Assembly: GCA_951406725.2 (NCBI GenBank)
Contig: OX597820.1
Coordinates: 122,326,001 to 122,390,000 of the forward strand
Source: Octopus vulgaris
Lineage: Eukaryota
DNA: 64,000 bases
Direction: 5' to 3'
Below are positions 52,905 through 64,000 of this stretch, piece by piece. Positions within the stretch are counted from its first letter, which is position 1. Every line of letters begins with the position of its first letter. The notes under the pieces were generated by a model, which was given only the letters and a program-made list of their open reading frames with translations, was not told the origin of the DNA and did no database searches. Position numbers and translations under genes: made by a program.

Positions 52905-54140
52905 TTTGTCAAAATCAAATGTGGAAAAGAACCTCCATCATGTGGTGCCTGTTTTCTTTGATGCATTTCTGAAGGTGTTCTTGGAAGCTGGCCTCCACTC
53001 TTTCCAGCATTGCTCTGCTGATTTGGGTAACCCCCATGTGAATAGCTTCCTTCAAATTATCCAATGTATGGGGCTTATGCTCATATACACACACCTTGAG
53101 GTTTTCCCACAAGAACAATCACACATGGACAAATCAGGGGACTGAGGGGGTCAAGGAATGTCAGCAAACCTGGAAATGAGGCAGTCATCGAAGAGAGGGC
53201 AAAGAACACCCATTGATGCTCTGGCTGTGTGGGCCATCACCCCATCCTGCTGAAACCACAAATACTGAATAGGCATACGTTTCTGTCATAATTCAGGCAC
53301 AAAGAAGTTGTTTATCATCTTGATGTAACACTCGGAATTGACAGTAACAGTATTTCCATTATTGTCTCCAAAAAGTAAGGACCAATGATGACAGCTCTTC
53401 CAACAGCACACTAGACCATCACTTTTGGGTTGTGCAGTAATCTTTCGTGCAGTTCTCTCGGATTTTCAAGAACCCAATAACGACAGTTCTGTTGATTCAC
53501 CAAGCCATTGAGATGAAAATGATCTTCAACACTCATTAACAAAATGCAGTTGTCATTTGGCTCAAAAATTGCTTCCATCTGATGTACGAAGTCAAGCCGC
53601 TGTGCATAGTCCCATGGTTTCAACTGTTGCCCAATGACCAATTTGTATGGGTCTTCATGCAAAATACACCTTATTGATTGATTACCAATGCCAAGTTCAG
53701 TGGAAAGCCTCCGAGCAGAGCGATTCGGACTCCGTATCAAAGCTTGTCTGACACATTCCACATTTTCCAGGGTCTGTATCCTTTCATGGCACCCCAACCA
53801 GTCTCTTATTCATTAGTATACTTCGTGTACCTCGTGTACGAAGTGCATTCAGCCAACATAAGATTTGTGTTACAGGTGGGAGCAGCCTGATTTTGGTGAA
53901 TGTTGAAGTGGCGCTGACACTCATGCTGAACTGCAGTGACAGACTCGATATTCTTCATGTAACTGTTGTAGGCAAACACATGATGCTCTGTTGTCCACGG
54001 TGCTATGGCTTCACCTGAAAAGACAAAAAAGTACTGTGACACCACGGACCAAATGGCACCTGTCAGACATATATCCCTCCTAATGGGACTGAGTAACAGC
54101 CATTTCAAAAACATTTGTCCTCTCTGCCCCACTCAGTAGA
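52905..54140 (-). mobile_element. Tc1/mariner DD41D (rosa-like) transposon, decayed and near full length
   Basis: N-terminal WTTEHHVFAY...ESVTAVQ...RHFN, then MSVEDHFHLNGLVNQQNCRYW..ENP...LHNPKV, WFQQDGVMAHTA and FLWENLKVCVYEHKPHTLDNLKEAI. Multiple frameshifts. Confidence 0.88.
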
Positions 54141-54188
54141 ATGGGCTCAAATAACTACCACCATCACTGCTGCCGCTGCCACCACTAT

Positions 54189-54238
<50 letters not shown>

Positions 54239-55859
54239 TTCAATGTCTTTTACTCATTTTCCAACTACTCTTGATGTAGCTTTCTGCTCTCATATTTGAG
54301 TACACGTGTGCAAGTACACACATATGCACACATAAACAACCACTTCCTCCTCCTCCTCCTCTTCATCATCATCATCATCATCACCACCCATTTAATGTCT
54401 GTATTCCATGCTAACGTTAGTTGGGTTGTTTGACAGGATCAGAAAAAGTCAGAGGGCAAAGTTGGATTCCATTGTCTGCTTTCACATGGTTTCTATGGCT
54501 GGATGCCTGCCCTTCCTAATGACAACCAGTTTTTAGAGTCTATTGGGTGCCTTTTTTTTGCCACATCAGTACCAGTGAAGTCACCAAATACCTTGCAAAA
54601 CAAGAAATCCTTAATGAAACTGGGATTCAGTATTGAGGGAGGTGGCTTTGTGTCAAGTATCGATGAGCTAAAGTATGATAAGGGGACAGGAGTAGAGGAG
54701 TGTGATGTAGAGGATAAACATAGCTACTCCAGCAGGAAAGGGTGAAAGAATGGTAGAGATGTTGGGGTGTACTCCCAAGGTGGCTGAAAAGAGAGTACCC
54801 TAAGACCAAAAATTGTGTGTCAGTTGGTAGGGAGGTGACAGGAACCACCCTCTTAAACATATCTCTTCACATTCCATATAAAACTAAAAATCTTCAGTCG
54901 AAATTTAGCCTTGGGATTCACTCATGGTTACCTGGAATGCTTAAAAAACATTATTTTCCCCTACAGCTGGATGGTTTTGAACAAGCACTGTAACTCCTCA
55001 AAGACTATCATCAAAACTACAAAGAATGCTTCCACTGATAGCACAGCCCATTGGTTTTCCTACCTTTGGAATCACAGCCAAACAACCAATTTTAGAAAAT
55101 CCTCCTTTTCTAGTCTTCTTTAGCATGATTTTTTGGTAAAAAAGTGTTTCTCTGGTGAAAACCTCCACATTTGCTAATTATTTTGAATCCAATTCCATGC
55201 TGTACTCACAAGATAAATTTCTCCCAAAACTACTACTTCCTCCTCTTTGAGGACCACTACCATGGGCATAAACATGGCAAGTGCAAAGCAAAACCTCAAG
55301 TCCCTTCAAACTAACAAGGCTGTAGTCTATGGCACTCTCCCTTCCATTCCTCACAAACAATATGCCCAAGGCCCGGGTACCAATCCTCACCAAGCTCTTC
55401 AATCTCTCTTTCTCTCTCTCCTGTCTGAACGTGCTACCCTATCTGACCCCCCACCCCACTATTTAGTTTTTTTTCTATACCGTTCCTCTTATATGCCTAA
55501 TTATAAATTTGAAATCCTATCAATATGGTTTTTGTCTGTGGAAATGATTTGCATTTTAATTCAATCAAGCAAAACCTATTTGATTACTTTGTACGAATGT
55601 GGAAGAGAGAGAAATGTGAATTTGAGTGAATCCAGATCTCATTTATTGTAACAATGGAAGTGGGGGAAATGTGTTTCTTTGAAGGCCGACAATTTGCCTA
55701 TCGTGTGATTCATGTTTCAAACTTATATTTTCAAAACCTCTCTTGTGTGATTTTTGTTGAAAGTGAAATTAGAATTTCTAATCCACTCTGAACCAGCAAT
55801 GACAAACTTCCACTGCTTCCTTGAATATATTTCTGTGAATTTCAATTTTCAACTATTAA

Positions 55860-56075
55860 CCCTTTCATTACCGTATTTATTTTGAGATGTTCTGTGTTTC
55901 ATTCAATTAATTTTAAATATAACAAAGAATTTAGTAAAAAAACTTAGTTATCATTCAACTAGTGTTAGAAACATAAATTGTGACTAAGGTTTGGTGGAAG
56001 ATTTTAATTCAATACTTATGAAAGTAAGACATTTGTACTACAGAGCCAGAGTTATGGCCAGGGTTATGGTAATAA
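55860..56075. mobile_element. Third copy of the piggyBac-like MITE, opposite orientation
   Basis: TTAA|CCCTTT...aacaaagaatttagtaaaa...aaggtttggtggaagattttaa...cagagccagag. Confidence 0.75.
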
Positions 56076-58226
56076 AGACAAAACACTACTTAACTCACCA
56101 GTGCAATGTAGACATTCTCTTTGTAACCTCACTGACAAATATCAAGCCATAAGTCTGATATATTCTACTGAAGCAAACAAACAATCACATTAATCCAACT
56201 GAAGATGTATTTTTTTTCCATTAGAAAAGCATTTTTTATTGTCTTAACTTTATCTGTGTTGCTTATTATTATCTGAGTTTCTTGTTAGTAATTTTTGCTA
56301 TGTAACCACATACGGGTTCTATTCTCTTATTACCCACTGAATTTTGTAAGACTGGCAGAGAGCCATGAGAAAATTTATCTGTGCTCTAAGTGGTTCCAAT
56401 ATTTCCTTGTTTTTAAGGTTGAAAATATTCAAGTAATTCTATATTAACTTCCTTGATTTGTTGATAAACTAGCAGATTCGGTAATTCCATTGGCACTATC
56501 CTTGTTTCGGTTGTAGTTTTATATCTGCTGAATCCTATTTTTTTTTCTTTTATAGTTGTTGTTTGCAGTGGTCCGATTCCATAGTTCTTGTTGTTTTCAC
56601 TTTCTTGATGCGATTCATATAGCTGTTTGGAATTTAATGTTTCTTTTCGGTTTTTTTTTTGCTTTTTATTTCCTATCAATTCTGCTTCTTCCATTGATGT
56701 TTCTTTTTTTTTGTTTTTTTACCACTGTTGTTACTGGTTTTCTTTTCATCTGTTTAGCCTAGGATTTACCATTCTAAGACTCTGTGATGTGAAATCACTT
56801 TGCACACACAACATCCATTCTCTGTATCTCTTACAGACACAAAGTACAACACACTCGCATCCATATAATGCAAAACCAGTGAGATCTGTTAGTCTCCACT
56901 GCCTCCTCCTCCTGTTCCCCTCCCAATATCTCTGCCATATCTAATCTCTCCATCTTCGTCCCACCCTGGCTCAAACCAATATGATCCATGCTGACACTTG
57001 AAGCTAATTCCTCTGCAATGACAGAATTCTAATAAATTTTCTATTTGCTTAGGATGAAAATGAACCACATCATTTGCAGTCAACAATAACAATAACAATA
57101 TCCAAAAGGAAAAAAAAGGCAAAAAAAGCAAATAAATGCAATAAAAGCAAGAATACAATAAAAAAGAAAACGACTTTTTTCCTGATTTGTTTTGTGTCTA
57201 TGTGTGTATGGATGTGTTTCTATGTGTGTTTGTATGTGACTACACACCACCTGTGTGTTTGTGTGTGTTTATATGTCTGTAAATGCATTCATGTTACATT
57301 GCGTGTGTGAATGTGTATGTTGTGTATGTCTGAGTGTATGTGTGTGCATGTGAATGTATGTCTGTGTGTGTTTTGTGTTTGTAAATATTTCCATGGTAGA
57401 GTGAGACTGCATGTATGTGTGAGTGTGTAATGTTGTATGTGTATGTATGTATGTATGTATGTATGTATGTATGGCTGTCTGTGTGTTGCATTTCTATGAA
57501 TCTGTGTCTGTGTGTTGCAATCTAAATCAAACTCTGGCTTTCCATTTCTATTTTTTTTGTAGTAGTTTTTGTCGCCATTTTTAATACATTTCTTTTCTAT
57601 TTGGTGTGTATTTTGTGGGTTTTTCTTCCTTCCTCTGCGTGTGTGTTTGTGTAGAGGAAGAGAGAGAGAGAGAGATGTGCGTATGAGTCGTTTTGTGCCT
57701 GTATATACATATACGTAGTAGCATGCATGTGCATGCTTGTGTTATTTCTAAAATATGTAAGATCAAATTTCAGGCTATTTCTCAATGGCTTTTTGGTTAT
57801 AAGAATGTGTATAGCAATGCATATCAATGCAATCATCTTCACTAAAATGCATGCCTACACTCCAATTCTACTTCACAATATCCGCTGGTAAATAACACTT
57901 TTACATTTGTTTTATAAGGTTGAGAGCAAATATATGTATTTGTTTGTTTTTAAATTGATTGGTTTTTCAGAATTTGATTAGCTGCTGCTACAGAGAATAT
58001 AGATTCTGTTCAACTTTTTCATGCATAATTAATAGTTTTTTGTTTTTTTTTGTTTCTCCCAAATAAATGTAAATGTTTATGCTTATGTGTGTGTGTGTGT
58101 GCGTGTATTTACACAACAAAATGCAATAGAGCCAAAGATTAAGAAATTCATTTCAGAATCACAACATACTGAGTTCAATTCTACTGCATGACAAGTATCT
58201 TTTACCATATTTTTGATAGCTCTCTG

Positions 58227-58256
<30 letters not shown>

Positions 58257-58261
<5 letters not shown>

Positions 58262-58430
58262 GTAAAATAATATGAATGTGACAATTATTCGGCAGCCAAG
58301 ATAAAACTCTGAGTTTTGGATGCCGAGGTGGATAACCGAAGAGATGGTGTTGAGGATTTCCACCTCGGCATCTGAAACTCAGAGTTTTATCTTGGCTACC
58401 GAATAATTGTCACATATTATTTTACAGATA
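58257..58430. mobile_element. Fold-back element with hammerhead-like motif, adjacent to (TA)n
   Basis: Arms 58257-58332 and 58359-58430. The + strand reads GATAA-CCGAAGA-GATG...CATC-t-GAAA-CTC-A-GAG-TT-TTATC (58331-58391). Confidence 0.6.
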
Positions 58431-58880
58431 AATTTACTCTATTTACATAATGTTGAGGTCTCTTACTTTCTTTTGTTATCTTACCATTTTTGCCAATATA
58501 TATATACACACACACACATATATATATATATATATGTTCCTCTAGCATTCACTAACTTACCTCATCTGGCCTTAATGGCCCTCCATGTTTGTTTACGTTT
58601 GGTTTGTTGTATGTCTCCACTGTGCTGTTTTTGTTACCAACTTCAACCCTCCGCAAATCCCAAATTTTATTTTGGTTCGTGGGAGCAACTGTTTTAACGA
58701 AGCCTCATGTTGTCGTTAGTTGCTCGAAATGTGGAGTAGATGAACAGCTGACAACTGATGAAGGGACATTCTTTATGGTTACTTGTCTTGATTTCCATTT
58801 GTTTCTTTCATTGTTCGGATACAAAAGTTTGCTTTTGTATTTCATGTTGTTTACGTTTTGTGACATCCTGTACCCATATA

Positions 58881-58921
<41 letters not shown>

Positions 58922-59736
58922 ACCGACCAGTCCATCAGATGTAGTTACACATCACTGGTCACAATGCGTTCGCATTCTTTTAGCCTTTGAATGACGCCAC
59001 CCCACTAGCTAAGCGAGCAGGCCAATATAATATATATATTTTATATTATTTTATATATATATGTGATTGTGTGTGTATGTGTGTATATCAATCTATCTAG
59101 CTGTCTATCTATCTATATATATGTATGTAGCAAAACAGTTTGATTCAAATTCCTTGGTACTCAGAGTTTCAAGTGTGTTGCTAGTCTTCAGCCATTACAG
59201 TCTGAATGAGAGTTTAATTGAAGGGAGTCAATGTTTACTACTGGACCTTAGCCTGTGATTGGTCAAGAAAGGTTATGCGGTGTCACAGTTTGATGTTGGT
59301 ATTTCAACTACAATTACTTGGAAATATATGATGATGATGAGGATGATGATGGCCAGTTGAGTGAGTTCATTGATTTCTTGCTGAACCCAACTGCACAAAG
59401 GATTTGTGTATAGTGATCAAAATGTCTGTGCTGTACGATAGCTCTCTCTCTCTTTCCATCAAATTGGTGTCACCTGAACGGATGCCCGATGTGTGCCACA
59501 GGTGTTGAAATGATCACAGAACAAAGTGAGGTGAAGTGTTTTACTCAAGAACACAATGCAATGCATTGCTTGGTCCCGGAACTGAACCCACAATCTTACA
59601 GTCATGAGTGCAACACCCTACCCACTTGGCCATGAGAGTTCACATACACATTTATACATACATGGATCCAACCCATATAAGCATGGAATATGGATGTTAA
59701 ATGATGACGATGATAATGGTGATACATGCCTAATTT

Positions 59737-59791
<55 letters not shown>

Positions 59792-59876
59792 ACACACACA
59801 CACACACGCGCGCGCGCACACACACGTATATTCTTGGAGTAATATTTACTTTTGTTTCTTTTGTTTTCAATTACAG

Positions 59877-60071
59877 ATACATGTCCTGTATTGTGCAATG
59901 GTAACGGTTATTATAATGAAGGTTTATGCCAGTGCCATCCAGGCTGGAAGGGACAAGAATGTGAGATTCCAGCCAATGCCTGCGAGGTGCCTGACTGTAA
60001 TGGAAATGGAGAATGTGTTCATGGTCAATGCATCTGCAATAATGGTTACAAAGGTCCAGACTGCAGTGTTC
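59877..60071 (+). CDS. Ten-m: Teneurin EGF repeats 2-3 exon (TCPVLCNGNGYYNEGLCQCHPGWKGQECEIPANACEVPDCNGNGECVHGQCICNNGYKGPDCSV)
   Basis: caattacag|AT ... GTTC|gtaagt. CPVLC.GNG.Y..G.C.C..GWKG.EC is the diagnostic 5-Cys teneurin EGF2. Phase 1-1. Confidence 0.97.
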
Positions 60072-60621
60072 GTAAGTATCCATTTGTCAATATTTCTAAT
60101 CAAAAGGACTGAAATATCTTGAGAATTTGTTTATTGTATGTATTTGCCATTTTTTTATGATTAAATGTCCCAAGATAAATTTCAACAGTGTGGCTGAAAT
60201 AACTAGTTTGAAAATATACATTTGAGAATTACTGAAATATTGAATGCATATTTATTAAAGAGAAAAGAAACTTTTCCATATTTCAAAGTGTATATAATCG
60301 TTTAAATTGCTATATACAGACTGATTTCAAAAGTCTCATTAACATTAATATAAACCAGTTAACAACAAAGGTCAGTTGTAGTCAGTTGAGCATTTTAATT
60401 TAGGGGATTTTATTTTTTTTAACCTCTCCTTATCTCATACCCACACATTCTCTCCATTCATAATAGCTTTCAGCTTTCTCCCCATAGCATTTTTTAATTC
60501 CAATCAACACATCAGGCCTCCATTCGTTTTCAAAATTTAGGAATTCTTGCTTAACTGGTCTATTTACCCTACTCTTGTTCCTGATAGTCATTCAGACCTG
60601 TCCCTGGACATTTATCTAGAT

Positions 60622-60799
60622 CAGTGCTTTTCAAACTTTTTGCTGGAGCAGAACCCCAAGAAAACATTTCACTGGCTCGAGGAACCCCTGTGCAATAATT
60701 TAATTGTCCTATGCACACATATCTGCACAGGAGAATTAAAAATTAGTCGATTTTAGAACCCCTGGACTGTACTGGCGGAACCCTGGTTGAAAACCACTG
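60622..60799. mobile_element. hAT (Charlie-like) MITE with 8-bp TSD
   Basis: TIRs CAGTGCTTTTCAA / TTGAAAACCACTG. Identical ATCTAGAT flanks at 60614-60621 and 60800-60807. Confidence 0.9.
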
Positions 60800-61199
60800 A
60801 TCTAGATATACTCAAACAATTGAACAAGAATACCATGATAGGTGTGCCATTCTATTTTCCCATCTCTTCTTAATGATTTTTTTCTAAATTTATCCAAAGA
60901 TATTTACCACAAAATAACAATAATAGAATTAAAAATAAAAAAGGAAGATATTTAATGAAATAAAAAAAGTTTTCAATTTAATTAAATAATACAGGGACTT
61001 CTAGATCATTTTGTGCATACACTATATGCTTATACATATACACATACTTTCAGCTTTACACATTTCCCAGTATCACTATATCGACCAGACAATCAGATGT
61101 TATACATCACTAGTTACAATGCGCTTTGTATCATTTTAGCTTTTGAATATTTAGATTCAGTGATTGTTGGGGAGTCAATCCAAGTGATAACTTTCTTTC

Positions 61200-61955
61200 T
61201 TTTGTATTCTTCATCCCAATGTGAATTGGTTCATTTATTGTCTTGGAAGATTGTGTTACCAACAGGGAATGATCTTTGTACCATAGGATGAACATGATCA
61301 ACCAAAATACTCAAATAATTCTTGGAATTAGCTCTGCCATGTAAAACAGCTAAAGGGCTGAGAGAATTCCATGATATGCATGTCCCTCACAGCAGAGCCA
61401 TCTCCATGCTTCATGGTAGGGACCAAACACTCAAGGCTGAAGATTTCTTTGTCTCCAGTCATAAACTTCTCAAAGTGAAGGAAAATGGTGAATGATGATT
61501 CTGCAAAGACAACATTGTTACATTGAGCCATTAACCACTTCTGATAGTCTTGATGCCATATTTTCCCTATTTATGTTGAAGGTGGTGGTAGTGGTAGGTC
61601 TAGTAATAGCAGCCGCTTCATGGTATCCAGCTTTAAGAAGCCCACAGTCAATGGTTTCGCTTGACACAAGGTTGGCAATGTTGAGTTTTAATTCTGCTCT
61701 GATATTTGTTGCAGTAATTTGATGCATTTTACACACAGTGCATTTCCTTCTGTGGTCCCACCTGCAAGCTTTGCTTTCTATCCACAAATGTGCTTGCGAG
61801 AGCTGGTTTCAATTTGGATTTGGAATGTCAATATGATTTCAGAATGGACTCCTCCTCAAAGTACTAAACACTTCAGCAGTTTTAGTAACTGAAGATCCAG
61901 CCATCTACTCACAAACAGTTGGTCCTCTTTGAAAATCAGATAGGTCACACATTCT
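61200..61955 (-). mobile_element. Tc1-like (DD34E) transposase remnant
   Basis: DLSDFQRG...GSSVTKTAE, ITATNIRAEL...VSSETI...L.KAGYH, VVFAESSFT and VPTMKHGDGS. Confidence 0.8.
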
Positions 61956-62195
61956 AACTTATTTATATATATCTTAAGTAAAAAAAAAAAAAGGAGTGGG
62001 GGTTACAGTGTGAGATAAAAAGCATACGACACACACACACACACACACACGTATACACACACGTATACAGACTTGAACAGTTTTGAATTTCTCCTGTTGC
62101 TAAAGGAAGCATCGTTAAATATAAAACATTGTTTCCATTATTTTATCAAACTGCAGTATACATACATACATAAATTATACATATATATATATATG

Positions 62196-62236
<41 letters not shown>

Positions 62237-64000
62237 ACCTATGTGTGCATGTGTGTGTGTGGGGGGCGTACTTGTGCATATGTATGTGTGTATTTGTAGT
62301 TGATAAGAACACATACACATAATGAAGAAGCTTCTACTGTGAAGAGAATAAAAGCGAATTTGAATAAGTAAGACATATTGTAGGAAAAGTATTGAAAAGT
62401 AAAATGAAACAATAAGAGTCAGAGAATGTGAACAATGAAAGAAAATCTTTGAAATGAGAAGAAATGAAGCGGGGTTGAAACGTTGCAGGATTTTTAATCT
62501 TTATTGCAGAAAAGCAAAAAGATTTAGAGAAAGTGGAGAATGAGAGATAAGAATGATGCCACTTTTATGGCTGTTTCTATTGTATATTCTTATTTATATA
62601 CATGCATGTATATTTACATAATAAAACTAACATGTGTGCACACATGCTCATGCACACACACACACACACACGTGCGCACGCACGCATCAGGCAGCAGAGT
62701 TTGGAATGTAACAATGCCATTTGATATTCGTTGCAGCTCTCTGCAGTTTGTGTTTAAATGGATTGAAGGTCAAGTTTGCCTTTCACTTTGGGGTCAATAG
62801 ATAAATTATCAGTTGAGGGTAGTGAGTTTAGTGTAAACTGTCAGATGTGGTCAGTTCAAATGGTTAGCTTGGCCTACCCCCAGCAATAGATAAGCTGACA
62901 ATTGTATGCCTGGGTTGCATTCAATATTTGATCAAAAATGGTTGGAGGGAAAAAACAAAAAAAGACACAAAATTTATTACTTCAATATTGGGGCTCGGTT
63001 TGACAACATGGTCAAACATGATGTCCTCTCTTGAGATGGTGGTCATCCATCATAGATAACTAAGATTACTAATTTCATCTGTCTTTATCCATAATACAGA
63101 ATACCTCTTAATCTATCTATCTATCTATCAAATCATTATCACCATCATCATAATTTTATGTCTGTTGTCCATGCTGGCATGGCTTAGATAGTTTGGCAAG
63201 CTGTGAGGCTGCAGCAGACTCACAGTTGGATGCCCTTCCTAACACCAACCACTCCGAGAGTGTAACGGGTGTTTTTACATGCAATTGGCATGGGTATTAT
63301 TTTCGTGACACTGGTATTTGCCACGACTGCAGTTTCCGTTGGCTTGATAGGCCTTCTTCTCAAGCATGGTATAATGCCAAACAGATTCAGTCATTGCCTC
63401 CATGTGGCCCAAATATTCATATATATCTATTTACATGCATATACACACACACGCATTTTGTAATACCCTGACAAGCACTGTGCTATGTCTATATGCTTTT
63501 CATGCTAGTCATTAAGGGTCATTCACAAATGATGGCACATTTGTAGATGTATGGAAGAATTTTGTGAATAAAAATTTCTATAAACACCAGAATGTGAAAT
63601 AATTATGCATATATATATAAATATATATATAAATTAAATTAAATTAGAGATAAAACCACTATTAGGTAACTCAAACAGTGATCGACATAAAACATAAAAA
63701 CAAAAAATAAATATAATTAATATAATATATAATATATATATAGAAAATATAAAATTTAAATTACTAAAATTTTAAAATTTTAATATTTTTTAATTATTAT
63801 ATTTTTAAATTTTTAAATTTAATTCTTTTTTTTAACTAACCAAAAAGTATAAAAATAGTTATATATAATATAATAAGTAAATACTTATTATATTCTCTAA
63901 TTTAATTCATATTTATACTATGAAATTTGATTTAATCCTAAATCTAATTTTTCCCTGTAAGTTTGGATATACTCCCTAATATTATTTTATATATATATAT

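Noticed and set aside
56837-56878. 42-nt candidate cassette exon (cttacag|ACA...CCA|gtgaga) between EGF1 and EGF2
   Set aside because: The required phase-1 frame contains TAA. The stop-free phase-0 reading is incompatible with the flanking exons.

Overview
AT-rich, microsatellite-dense eukaryotic genomic DNA. The SINE complement, simple repeats and long introns suggest a coleoid cephalopod such as Octopus (inferred). The window lies inside one + strand teneurin (Ten-m/odz) gene. Seven GT-AG exons (2597-2744, 11453-11667, 19597-19722, 30707-30966, 34717-34837, 40887-40991, 59877-60071; 1170 nt) splice in frame. They encode the end of the intracellular domain, the type II TM helix (RCSWKC...), the juxtamembrane ectodomain and EGF repeats 1-3; the gene runs off both ends of the window. 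The introns contain four SINE-like families, piggyBac- and hAT-type MITEs, decayed mariner/Tc1/DD41D transposons, a Helitron remnant and RTE/CR1 LINE fragments, several of them nested. The most unusual signal is a set of intronic fold-back elements carrying minimal type I hammerhead-ribozyme-like motifs of the kind known from Penelope-like elements. Two dissimilar elements share a non-canonical CCGANGA (U4C) core and a CTC-A-GAG stem III. One ~415-bp fold-back sits ~115 nt upstream of a coding exon and is a candidate ADAR substrate. Almost all ORFs in the supplied track are microsatellite artefacts.
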